Of a stretch of 64,000 nt of DNA, positions 1 through 9,494 are shown one piece after another. Both the position numbers and the translations under genes were made by a program. Position 1 is the first letter of the stretch. Every line of letters begins with the position of its first letter. The notes below the pieces were generated by a model. It was not told the origin of the DNA, did no database searches, and was given only the letters and a program-made list of their open reading frames with translations. The DNA comes from Candidatus Helarchaeota archaeon (lineage in GTDB: Archaea; Asgardarchaeota; Lokiarchaeia; Helarchaeales; RDOG01): assembly GCA_019058315.1 (NCBI GenBank), contig JAHPZH010000004.1, forward strand, positions 256,001-320,000, written 5' to 3'.

Positions 1-547
1 TTTACAAAGTTAATTTCCCTACTGGCATGTTTAAGAACTTATTAATAAATCCTCAAGACCAATAAATTTGAATATTCCTTATTTGGGGATAATAGAGACG
101 GGATTATATAGTTAAAAAACTAAATTTGAAAGTTTTATTAAAAATATTCTTCTATTAATACCTTTATTAATCTCTTTTTATACAATTATTATCCATTTTA
201 CAAAATCATTCAATTAATTACATGAAATAATTATAAGATAGGGATGAATTGTAACAAAACATTAGTGTGAATATTTATATGAGGGATATAATCTGAAATG
301 AGGAGAAATCTAATATAAAAATAAATTTTTAAAGATTATTTGGAAACTAACATTGAATTTTTGATCAAATTTTGAAGCAAATTTATATATAACTTAATTT
401 ATTATTTAAATCAGAAAGATCTTGAGATTTTTATTAATTTTATATATCTTTCTACTTTTAAAATATAGTTTGTCTAAAAATCGAATTGGGAAATTCTTTT
501 TTTAAATGATAAATTAAAACATAGTTTATTTAACAGTTGATTTAAAT

Positions 548-1039
548 ATGACTGAAAGCGTTGAAGAATTTAAAATTGTTGATGAATTAAAACCTGATTT
601 AAGGGGCATCAATATAAAAGTAAAATGTAGTTCAATAAATGATGAAAAAGAAATAGTTTCTAGAAAAACTGGAGAAAAATTAAGAGTTACCGAAGCATTA
701 GTCGGTGATGAGACAGGAAGTATATATTTATCCCTATGGAACGACGATATTGATAAAATTGAAATGGGCCATGTTTATCAATTAACGAATGTTTATACTA
801 AAGTATTTAAAGGCTCTTTAAGACTAAATATTGGAAGATATGGAAGTTTTGAAGAAATAAATGGAGAAGAAAATATAGAAATAAACATTGAAAATAATCT
901 TTCGGATAAATATTATGAAGAACCTCGAAGATATCGCTCAAGTGGATATAATAGGGGATATGGCAATAGTAGATTTAGTGGCGGGCGAAAATCTTATAAA
1001 AACAATAGAAGAAGTTCCTATCGAAAATGGAATTATTAG
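548..1039 (+). CDS. ssb: Single-OB-fold single-stranded DNA-binding protein (crenarchaeal SSB/RPA-like) with basic R/S/G/Y-rich tail
   Basis: OB-fold motifs 'EALVGDETGSI.LSLW', 'NVYTKVFKGSLRLNIGRYG'; low-complexity RSG-rich C-terminus. Confidence 0.9.
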   Translation: MTESVEEFKIVDELKPDLRGINIKVKCSSINDEKEIVSRKTGEKLRVTEALVGDETGSIYLSLWNDDIDKIEMGHVYQLTNVYTKVFKGSLRLNIGRYGSFEEINGEENIEINIENNLSDKYYEEPRRYRSSGYNRGYGNSRFSGGRKSYKNNRRSSYRKWNY

Positions 1040-1231
1040 AATAAAGATAAATAATAAGCAAATTAATTATAGAAGTATTTTTTAAATAAAACCAAAAAAT
1101 ATCTTCTGCTTTTTTTTTAAATTTAAATAAAACATCCTATTATTTAATTTACGTTTTTTTGGGTACTGTTAGAGTTTGGATAAAATTTGATAGTTTGAGG
1201 ATTTATATAAATAAAAAAAAGAAAAGGTAGC

Positions 1232-2476
1232 TTACTCTTCATGGACCCTAAACAGGTCTATGTCACCAGGGGCTTTTGGAGCTTTCTCAGCTAATAATCT
1301 GACAAATTCCCTTGTAGAACGTTCTATATCACGAGATTGTGTTATATATCTACCTACTATTATTATATCTGCTCCACTACGAAGTGCTTCAGGCGCAGAA
1401 TCGGGACGAATGCCTCCAGCAACTGCAATAAGCATTCTCTCTTTTGGAAACTCTTGTTTTATCATCGCCACCATCTCAGCACGGCTTGTAATCTTGTCCA
1501 TACCACTGCCTTCTCCAGCTTCCGTATCTATAGCCTTGTGTAAAATGACTACATCGGGTAATTCTTTCATAGATTTCAATTTACTTATCGGATCGGGAAC
1601 ATTCATCATATCTACAATTGCATATATACCCACACGTTTTGCTTCGTAAATGAATTTATCCAAAGATTCCTTGTTTGCAAGTGCAGATGCTACTACTCCA
1701 TCTGCTGTTTCTTCATAAGCCATATCAACTTCTACTTTACCCACATCTAGAGTTTTTAAATCTGCTATAAAGAAAACATCTTTAGCTCCATCCACCTGAC
1801 GTAGCTCGTTAATGATAGAAACACCATACCGTTTAATCAATGGCGTTCCGGCTTCTAAAATAATCCTGTCACTCTTTGCCATTTCTTGTATGACTCTTTT
1901 CGCCATTTTAATTGAGGGATTATCCAAAGCAATTTGAAGGTAGGGTGGACGCCATAGACGTGGAACTTTAAAGCCCATGATAGGATGGCGGGCACGGTCC
2001 TTATCATACAATATCTTCTGTAAATCTGGATATCTCGTTAAAGCTCGTTTAAGTGCTAATTTAGTCGCCCCATAATTATAATGATATATCTTTCGCATAT
2101 CTTTTGCTTGAGGGCTGATAAATACACTAACGACGATTACCCACTCATCTAATTTATCAGAAGGAATAATCCCTTCTTCTACTGCATCCGCAATGGATTT
2201 TGCTACACTAGCCTGAGCAGGACCAAAGATTTTAGAGATATCTTCTCCAGTTTTGACTGTAACCTTCGGAATTATTGCAGTGAATGGTTTAGGTGGAAGA
2301 TTAGGACGAATAACTGCAAGTAGTGGGGTATGTCCCATAGAAAGCTGAGATAACGCATTTGCAAATGCTATACCAACGGGACCACTTTTATCACCTATCA
2401 TCAAGTCAATGTGTGCAACTTCTGCTCCAGAACCTAATAATGCTTCTCCTATTTCAAATACTTGTTTCATTACCAA
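1232..2476 (-). CDS. fae-hps: Bifunctional formaldehyde-activating enzyme / 3-hexulose-6-phosphate synthase (Fae-Hps)
   Basis: N-term 'IGEALLGSGAEVAHIDLMIG...GHTPLLAVIRPN' (Fae); C-term 'PYLQIALD...LEAGTPLIKRYG...IADLKTLDVG...VAGGI' (HPS/OMPDC barrel). Confidence 0.95.
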   Translation of the reverse strand: MVMKQVFEIGEALLGSGAEVAHIDLMIGDKSGPVGIAFANALSQLSMGHTPLLAVIRPNLPPKPFTAIIPKVTVKTGEDISKIFGPAQASVAKSIADAVEEGIIPSDKLDEWVIVVSVFISPQAKDMRKIYHYNYGATKLALKRALTRYPDLQKILYDKDRARHPIMGFKVPRLWRPPYLQIALDNPSIKMAKRVIQEMAKSDRIILEAGTPLIKRYGVSIINELRQVDGAKDVFFIADLKTLDVGKVEVDMAYEETADGVVASALANKESLDKFIYEAKRVGIYAIVDMMNVPDPISKLKSMKELPDVVILHKAIDTEAGEGSGMDKITSRAEMVAMIKQEFPKERMLIAVAGGIRPDSAPEALRSGADIIIVGRYITQSRDIERSTREFVRLLAEKAPKAPGDIDLFRVHEE

Positions 2477-2486
2477 GTTAAATACC

Positions 2487-2903
2487 TCATTTAATTATTT
2501 CTCTTCCTTTTTTATCTAATTGATACAATCCTTTTTCGATTTTTTTAATAAATCCTTTATCAAGTAGGCTTTTGATTAGTTTACTTATCCAAGATCGGGA
2601 TATTGTAGGAAGTTCTTTTACCATCAATTTAGGACTAGCAACGCTAAATTTTTCAATAATTTTTAATATTTTATATTCCGATAATGACCCTTCATACTCT
2701 AGGAGCTTCTCAATCTCATCAGACTGAGATAAATACTGTTCTATCAATTTGCCCACTTCTAAAAAATATAAATTATAATCTTGTAACAAGGGATTTACTT
2801 TATTTTCTATTTTAAGCAGCCCTTTTTTATTCAATTTCTGGATCATGTCTTCTGTTAGTTCAAGATTCCTTTCTAAAATTTCTAAAGTCGGCAATTGATA
2901 CAC
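2487..2903 (-). CDS. Winged-helix DNA-binding protein (MarR-like C-terminal wHTH)
   Basis: 'ISRSWISKLIKSLLDKGFIKK..KGLYQL..KG' wHTH pattern; co-oriented with fae-hps. Confidence 0.7.
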   Translation of the reverse strand: MYQLPTLEILERNLELTEDMIQKLNKKGLLKIENKVNPLLQDYNLYFLEVGKLIEQYLSQSDEIEKLLEYEGSLSEYKILKIIEKFSVASPKLMVKELPTISRSWISKLIKSLLDKGFIKKIEKGLYQLDKKGREIIK

Positions 2904-3072
2904 CCAGCTTGAAAAGGACTATACATTAAAATAAAATTAGCATACATATATAAAGATTTTGATCACCAAAATACACGACAAAAACATATTTGTATATAAC
3001 ACTATTTTATTTTATAAAAATTATTTATTAATAATACTAAAAGATTATTTTCACCGATAATGAGGAAAAAAA

Positions 3073-4311
3073 ATGAAGGCAATTTTAATTGTATGTGATG
3101 GAATGGGCGACCGACCTTCAAAATCATTAAATAATAAAACCCCATTAGCTTTTGCAAATACTCCAAACCTTGATAAATTATCAGAGCTTGGTATTAATGG
3201 AATAATGGATCCTATAAAACCAGGCGTTCCTCCTGGCTCAGATACTAGCCATTTAAGTATTTTTGGATACGATCCTTATAAATATTATACAGGAAGGGGT
3301 GGATTTGAGGCTTTAGGAATTGGAATGGATCTAAAGCAAGGTGAAATTGCACTTAGAGGAAATTTTGCAACCGTTAATGAAGATCTCATAGTGTTAGATC
3401 GAAGGGCAGGTCGTTATGTCCCAGAAGCAAAAGAATTCGATGCTTTAATAGATAATTATGTCCCTAAATGTGCAAATGATGTTAAAATCATAACCGAACC
3501 TTCAGTTGAACATAGAATTTCTATTAAAATAGTAGGACCCAATCTATCTCCTTATGTTTCTGATGTTGACCCTGAAGATTGTATTAAGATCCATCAATGT
3601 CACCCACTAAACAATAGCCCCGAAGCAAAACGAACAGCAGAAATTATTAATGAATTTACATATTTTACAAATAAAGTCTTAAAAGAAAGTCCAATAAATG
3701 AAAAAAGGAAGAAAGAAAATAGATTACCAGTAAATATTGTAATTTTACGAGGTGCAGGGACAATACCTAATGTGGAATCCATAGAAAAGAGGTTCGACAT
3801 AAGAGCTTCCTATATTGCTGGAGGAGCTTTATATAAAGGCGTCGCACATGCCGTAGGAATGCATCCTATTAATGTTCCTGGTGCTACAGGTGGAATTGAT
3901 ACTGATGTTATGGCAAAAGGAAAAACTGCATTAGACAATTTAGAGAAAAATGATTTTATATTCCTTCATGTAAAGGGCACAGATTCGGCGTCTCATGATG
4001 GAAGTGCAGAAAATAAAATTATGATGATCGAAAAAATAGATAAAATGGTAGGGTTAATTCTAGATAATGTTAATCTTAAGGAAACATTAATCTGTCTAAC
4101 CGCGGATCACACAACTCCGTTTGAAGTCGTCCGTGACCATACAGGAGATCCCGTCCCCCTTGTAATTTGTGCTGAAAATGTGTTAACCGATAATGTAAAA
4201 TCTTATTCCGAATTAACTTGTGCCAAAGGAGGATTGGGGAGAATCCGAGGAGTAAACTTAATTCACATTATAATGGATTTAATAGGTAAAACCAAGAAAT
4301 TTGGAGCTTAA
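3073..4311 (+). CDS. apgM: 2,3-bisphosphoglycerate-independent phosphoglycerate mutase (archaeal)
   Basis: 'DGMGDRP...KTPL..ANTPNLD', '[15 protein letters not shown]', '[12 protein letters not shown]', 'TADHTTP', 'HTGDPVP'. Confidence 0.95.
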   Translation: MKAILIVCDGMGDRPSKSLNNKTPLAFANTPNLDKLSELGINGIMDPIKPGVPPGSDTSHLSIFGYDPYKYYTGRGGFEALGIGMDLKQGEIALRGNFATVNEDLIVLDRRAGRYVPEAKEFDALIDNYVPKCANDVKIITEPSVEHRISIKIVGPNLSPYVSDVDPEDCIKIHQCHPLNNSPEAKRTAEIINEFTYFTNKVLKESPINEKRKKENRLPVNIVILRGAGTIPNVESIEKRFDIRASYIAGGALYKGVAHAVGMHPINVPGATGGIDTDVMAKGKTALDNLEKNDFIFLHVKGTDSASHDGSAENKIMMIEKIDKMVGLILDNVNLKETLICLTADHTTPFEVVRDHTGDPVPLVICAENVLTDNVKSYSELTCAKGGLGRIRGVNLIHIIMDLIGKTKKFGA

Positions 4312-4330
4312 GTTATTTTAAAACTAAATT

Positions 4331-5728
4331 TTAACTTTTTAATACTGAAATTACTTGCTCTTTAGCCTTCTGTTCTTCAGATTTTTCTTCTAAGTATTCT
4401 CTTTTTCTGATTTTATAATAGGATTTCTTAAAAAATTTTCTAATTCTTACTATAAAATTTCTAGTCCTTTGTAGAAGTAAAAGAAGGATTCTATATTGAT
4501 GTCCTCCTCCCCAAAATACGAGCTGTTTAATTTTAGTTCGTGCCGTGCCTCTTTCTGGATATGCGATATCATCTAAAGTCTTTCCAAATATCTTTTCTAT
4601 TGCGACAGGTATACTCTCACTTGCAATTTTACTTAATCCATTTATATTTGTCAACTCAAATCTTTTAGCATATTTTTTCGAACTAGAGAAACTCTGCCAA
4701 TTTAAGAATTGACATTGCTGGGATAAGTCCTCAATAGCATAAATTAATTTTTGAATTACAGGCTCTAGATTGATAAGGATTTTTCGATTTTCATATCCTT
4801 CCTTAAAGATTTTTCTTAATATTTTAAGATATTTCACTTGTTCCTTTATAGGGACTCTCCATAATACATGATAAAGATCAAATAGATAATCAGAGTGTGT
4901 TTTTTCAATTTTTTTAAATCGAATTTTAGTCCCTAAATCTTTAAAAAATCGTTTTATATGCTCTTTAAGTGGAATTGAGCTCCATTTCATACGAATTAAA
5001 TTATCTATCTCTACAACTAATTTAGTATATTCATACAAATCTAATTTAAGAATATTCTCTAAATGTTCGTGATCTAGGCATGGTATGTCTATTAAAATAT
5101 TCTCCCGAGTATCGAGATATCTTCGAATAATAAAATAATTATCAGGAACAAAAAATCCTTTAACTTTAACCCTTAATTTTGGTCTATCAACATAAATTGA
5201 ATGGTCTCCTGGATCAAATTTAAAATTAATTTTAGGATCACTTAAAACATCATTTATATTATCATACCTTCCAATTCTTTCCCATAAAAAGTCTGGGACA
5301 CCATGAATGATAGTGGATAAAGCATTAAATTCATTATTTTCATTTTTTTCGAAAATAACCCGTTCCAGATCTCCTAAATGGTCAAATCTCTCAACCGGAG
5401 CTTTACTAAAGGACATTATTCCCCAAAAACAGTAGCGTTCTTTATTTAGATCCAAACCTGCCATTCTCATATTTACACAAACAAAATCATAAGGTTTTGA
5501 ATCCATTAACCATCTGTGAGTTCTCTCCTCCCATTCGAAATCATCGCCAAGACTAGTAATTAATTCTCTTAATTCAGTTAAATCCCCAACTTCCAGTAAT
5601 TTCGACCCAACTTCTTTCGCCTTTAGAAGTTTTAGTTTCTCTTGACGTCTAGCGGATTTTGATATCGCTTTTTGGGAAGCTAATTCCTTCAAATAATCTA
5701 ATTTCGTTAATTTTACCTTGACATTCAT
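4331..5728 (-). CDS. Hypothetical protein (465 aa)
   Basis: Long ORF with host-like composition; no recognised motif. Confidence 0.6.
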   Translation of the reverse strand: MNVKVKLTKLDYLKELASQKAISKSARRQEKLKLLKAKEVGSKLLEVGDLTELRELITSLGDDFEWEERTHRWLMDSKPYDFVCVNMRMAGLDLNKERYCFWGIMSFSKAPVERFDHLGDLERVIFEKNENNEFNALSTIIHGVPDFLWERIGRYDNINDVLSDPKINFKFDPGDHSIYVDRPKLRVKVKGFFVPDNYFIIRRYLDTRENILIDIPCLDHEHLENILKLDLYEYTKLVVEIDNLIRMKWSSIPLKEHIKRFFKDLGTKIRFKKIEKTHSDYLFDLYHVLWRVPIKEQVKYLKILRKIFKEGYENRKILINLEPVIQKLIYAIEDLSQQCQFLNWQSFSSSKKYAKRFELTNINGLSKIASESIPVAIEKIFGKTLDDIAYPERGTARTKIKQLVFWGGGHQYRILLLLLQRTRNFIVRIRKFFKKSYYKIRKREYLEEKSEEQKAKEQVISVLKS

Positions 5729-6015
5729 AAATTTTCATCTGATTATGGAGAACCTTATTTGAGATTACTGTAAAGATACTATTCCTTTCAAATAGAATAG
5801 AAACTTGAACAATAACTACAAATAAATAAATAATTTAACCTAAAAAAATGTAATGTTATCAGCATATATAGGGGGATAAGAGTCACTTCATTTTGTTTTA
5901 GTTCATTTGATTACATTTGATTTCATCGCTTTCTTTCTTTATTTTAATGTTAATAAATTATTTTAAATCTAAGAATGAGTTAAAATTTATAAACAGATCT
6001 AACCTAATTCTTCCA

Positions 6016-6042
6016 ACCAATTTAAAAAAAACTTAAATTGGT
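6016..6042. promoter_or_regulatory. Inverted repeat ACCAATTTAA-N7-TTAAATTGGT upstream of a membrane-protein gene (putative operator)
   Basis: Perfect 10-bp arms ending ~24 bp before the 6066 start. Confidence 0.4.
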
Positions 6043-6065
6043 CTAAAAATTAAATGGGGATATAG

Positions 6066-6470
6066 TTGGCTGAAATAGCAAAAACTTTGAAAATAATATG
6101 GCTTATCAACATAATTCCGTGTATTCTCTGGGGCATTTTTTACGTTTTTTTAACTGAATCTGTATATATGACAGATATGACAATCCAATTTAACTCGGTT
6201 GCTGCTACTACAGCGCGATCTGTCGGTATCCTTCTTTTCCTTTTTGCAGCATTTTTAATCAGAATGTATCTACTAGATGACTGGGCTAAAATTCAATTTT
6301 ATGTTGAGTTTTGTCTATGTTGGATCGCATATACTATTGTATTAGATATTTGGAACTTAATTTTCCTTTCTGCATCTCCAATTGGATTTTTATTAACTTT
6401 AATTGGGACGATAGTTCTCATTGTGCTCGAAATTCCTTATATCTACTACTGGCTACAACTAAAAGAATAA
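6066..6470 (+). CDS. Small four-TM membrane protein
   Basis: Four hydrophobic segments. Confidence 0.7.
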   Translation: MAEIAKTLKIIWLINIIPCILWGIFYVFLTESVYMTDMTIQFNSVAATTARSVGILLFLFAAFLIRMYLLDDWAKIQFYVEFCLCWIAYTIVLDIWNLIFLSASPIGFLLTLIGTIVLIVLEIPYIYYWLQLKE

Positions 6471-6518
6471 TTTAACTATTCTAACTCTTTTTTTTTTAAA
6501 CAAGAAAGAACACAAATA

Positions 6519-6623
6519 AATTTTATAATTTTATGAAAATTTCCACAGTAGAGATCATACCAAGTGGGATAAGATTAAAGAATTTCATAATTTTATAAAA
6601 AATTCCACAGTAGATACCATGCC
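6519..6623 (+). repeat. Two imperfect ~43-bp direct repeats (period 62 bp) upstream of the Lrp/AsnC gene
   Basis: aattttataattttatgaaaatttccacagtagagatcatacc vs aatttcataattttataaaaaattccacagtagataccatgcc. Confidence 0.8.
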
Positions 6624-7143
6624 TGATGAACAATCTTATATCCCAGTTTATTATCTATCATATCTCATGATAACTCTTTCTAATTCTTCTAATAATAAAC
6701 TTGATGACCTTGATATTAAAATTCTAAGTTATCTAATTGAGGATGGTCGACAGTCTTTTATTACAATTGGAAAGGAAATAGGTGTAACTTCTGTTACAGT
6801 AAAGAATCGATTGAATAATATGCAAGCTGATGGAACTGTAAAAGAAATTAGTGCTAAGGTTAACCCAAAGAGCCTTGGATATCATATCTGTACTTTTCTT
6901 AATATAACTTTACATAGCAATAAATACATTCCAAAGGTAGTTAGAATGCTGGAAGAATTAGAAGGAGTAACTCAAGTATTTGTTCTCGCGGGAATTGTCC
7001 AGATTAAGGCGATATTATATACTAAAAATATGGATGATTTTTCATTAATTTTCGCTAAAATATCACAAATCGATGAGATAAAAGAAGTTCATAGTGAAAC
7101 AGTTTTAAACGATTCCATGATGGGTAAATTTATAGTTTCCTAA
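6619..7143 (+). CDS. Lrp/AsnC family transcriptional regulator (true start probably downstream, at MITLSN)
   Basis: 'LDDLDIKILSYLIEDGRQSF..IGKEIGVTSVTVKNRL' HTH plus RAM domain. Confidence 0.92.
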   Translation: MPDEQSYIPVYYLSYLMITLSNSSNNKLDDLDIKILSYLIEDGRQSFITIGKEIGVTSVTVKNRLNNMQADGTVKEISAKVNPKSLGYHICTFLNITLHSNKYIPKVVRMLEELEGVTQVFVLAGIVQIKAILYTKNMDDFSLIFAKISQIDEIKEVHSETVLNDSMMGKFIVS

Positions 7144-7188
7144 ACCAGAAATTTCCAATTTTATTTTAATCAGTCTAAATAAAATATT

Positions 7189-8094
7189 TCAAATTTCTTT
7201 TATACCTGCATCATCCATCATTTGCTTGAAAATCTTACGTACAGCTATGATTTGAGGGTCGGATTTTTCTGGTTGAATTACACGATTTAAAAATGAGAAT
7301 CCATTAATGATACGCTCCTTAAAAGAATCTCCGACATGATCTGCGCCATAAACAAGTCTAAATTCATGTTTAATATTATTATCAAATAAAATCCGGTGTA
7401 ATAATTCTGCACCACGATATAGACCTAGCATATCATCTGTGCCGACTTCTAAATATATTTTAATTCCAGATTCTCTAATTTTCATAGCATATTCCTTAAC
7501 AATGAATGCGGGATTATTGACTTTCCAATATTCTTCATCAATAGGGGATCCGAAAATCTTTTCCATAAAATCTTGTGTTCGATAAAACTTATCCTCTAAC
7601 TTAATATCTTTCCATTCGAGTACAGGTTCTATCCCCGGTTCAAAGGCTAATATTGCAGCGAATTTATCACAATATTTGAAACCCATGCGAAGTGAACCAA
7701 GTCCTCCCATAGACACACCTCCAATAAATGTTTTACTTGGATCATCATAAATACGATATTTTTTGCGTACATAAGGTAATAATTCGCTAATTATAAAGGT
7801 CTCCCATTTCTGTGAACCATCTCTATAGTCCATATATAGACCTCGTTTACAGTGAGGCATAACGAATACCATATCAGGTGTTAATTTCTTCTCCCACATT
7901 TCCTGAATAACCGGACCAATGATATTTTTAAAAAATCCTTGATGACCTCCCCCTCCATGAAGAGTTAACATTAATGGATATGTTTTTTTAGAGGTTTCAT
8001 AATCTTCTGGAAGCATTGCTTCACATTTAATAGGACTTGGAACTAGTTCGGTTTCAATTTTAAATTTCTGAATTTCAAACATACGAAAAACCAA
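7189..8094 (-). CDS. Esterase (S-formylglutathione hydrolase/FrmB-like alpha/beta hydrolase)
   Basis: 'YPLMLTLHGGGG', 'WETFIISELLPYV', nucleophile 'GVSMGG', catalytic 'VGTDD' and 'GADH'. Confidence 0.85.
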   Translation of the reverse strand: MVFRMFEIQKFKIETELVPSPIKCEAMLPEDYETSKKTYPLMLTLHGGGGHQGFFKNIIGPVIQEMWEKKLTPDMVFVMPHCKRGLYMDYRDGSQKWETFIISELLPYVRKKYRIYDDPSKTFIGGVSMGGLGSLRMGFKYCDKFAAILAFEPGIEPVLEWKDIKLEDKFYRTQDFMEKIFGSPIDEEYWKVNNPAFIVKEYAMKIRESGIKIYLEVGTDDMLGLYRGAELLHRILFDNNIKHEFRLVYGADHVGDSFKERIINGFSFLNRVIQPEKSDPQIIAVRKIFKQMMDDAGIKEI

Positions 8095-8126
8095 GTTTCA
8101 TTTATCATATTTTGTTTAAAAACTAT

Positions 8127-8975
8127 CTAAAAACCATTTTTCTTTAAGAAATTAACAATAATTGGATTAATTTCATCCGAATGGGTTATGAGAACCATAT
8201 GTCCCGCTCCATTTATTAAATGTAACTCTGAATTTGGCATTAATTCATTCATGGTTTTTTGATCTTGAACCGGAGTGATTAAATCATTCTTACCTGCTAA
8301 TATTAATGTTGGTATTTTTATATTACATAAATCATCTTTGAGATTAAATTTCAGAATTTCTTTTAGCTCCCTGGTCATTGTATCACGGTCTAATAGTAAT
8401 AAGTCATGTAGCCACATTGAAACATTATCCTTTGGCTTCTTCCAATAAATTGCTAAAAGAGGAGCTACCCTTCGTATTAATCTTTTCTTTCCAAAAATTA
8501 GTAATGGAGAAAAACCTAGATTTATCGGTAACATTAAGGAACTCCAAAGGGTTTTAGATATTGGATTGTGAATAACCGAATAATTGCCTCCGATTAATAT
8601 TAAACATTTAATAAAAGGTTGGAATTCAGGGTCAAGATACAATTGCTGAATAATTCCTGCTCCAGCAGACCAACCCAATAACCCAATTGGCTTATTTTTC
8701 AAATTTAGATTCTTGAGGACGTCATCAAAATCTAATCTAATTTGTTCATAAGTGTATCCTATGTTTCTTTTCTCAGAATATCTACCATGGCCTGGAAAGT
8801 CGAAAATTGTTATTCTATAGCCATGATCTTTAATATAAGGTATACTTTCTGAAAACCAGACGGAACTAACACCCCATCCATGAATAAAAATTAAATTAAA
8901 ACCCTCTTCTGGTCCATATTGTTCATAAAATACTTTAATTCCATCTTTTAAATTAAAAAACGGCATTACTATCAT
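8127..8975 (-). CDS. Alpha/beta fold hydrolase
   Basis: 'FIHGWG', 'DFPGHG', 'GWSAGA', 'PTLILAGKND', 'GAGH'. Confidence 0.9.
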   Translation of the reverse strand: MIVMPFFNLKDGIKVFYEQYGPEEGFNLIFIHGWGVSSVWFSESIPYIKDHGYRITIFDFPGHGRYSEKRNIGYTYEQIRLDFDDVLKNLNLKNKPIGLLGWSAGAGIIQQLYLDPEFQPFIKCLILIGGNYSVIHNPISKTLWSSLMLPINLGFSPLLIFGKKRLIRRVAPLLAIYWKKPKDNVSMWLHDLLLLDRDTMTRELKEILKFNLKDDLCNIKIPTLILAGKNDLITPVQDQKTMNELMPNSELHLINGAGHMVLITHSDEINPIIVNFLKKNGF

Positions 8976-9013
8976 TATTGACGAGAATATCTAGGTAATA
9001 CTAATGTATAACT

Positions 9014-9340
9014 ATGGTTTTATTCTGCATAATATCGATTAAAATGTTTAGGAAAATAATAAGATTTTTCGAAAAAACGGATTGGTATGGTATAGTTAAA
9101 GAATTAGAAAGTATTATCTTTAATACGAAAGCTACTAGACCAGCTAAAATATCTGATCCACACGCTTACCTAAAAAATTATAGTTTAGAAGTAATCAAGG
9201 GCATAGGTCCTAAAACTAAGACGAAATTAGAAAGTTTCGGGATAAATAATGCATACGATCTGATTAATTGTCAATCAATTCAAGGATTTTCTGAATCTAA
9301 AGTAAATACATGGAAGCAATGTGCATTAACTCTTGATTAA
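9014..9340 (+). CDS. Small helix-hairpin-helix domain protein
   Basis: 'LEVIKGIGPKTKTKLESFGI..AYDL' HhH. Confidence 0.75.
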   Translation: MVLFCIISIKMFRKIIRFFEKTDWYGIVKELESIIFNTKATRPAKISDPHAYLKNYSLEVIKGIGPKTKTKLESFGINNAYDLINCQSIQGFSESKVNTWKQCALTLD

Positions 9341-9494
9341 AAACTCTTTCTACATATTTTTGAGAGATCCAAAATTCATACTAAATTTTTTCCTTATAAT
9401 TTCCCAAAAACTTTTTTTATATTATTAAAAAAATAAGTAATTACTCCGTTTATTTAATTTAAATAATATTTACTCCATAAATGAGGATAAGAGA

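Noticed and set aside
6519-6623. Possible mini-CRISPR array
   Set aside because: Only two imperfect 43-bp units with a 19-bp gap, no cas genes and no typical repeat terminus.
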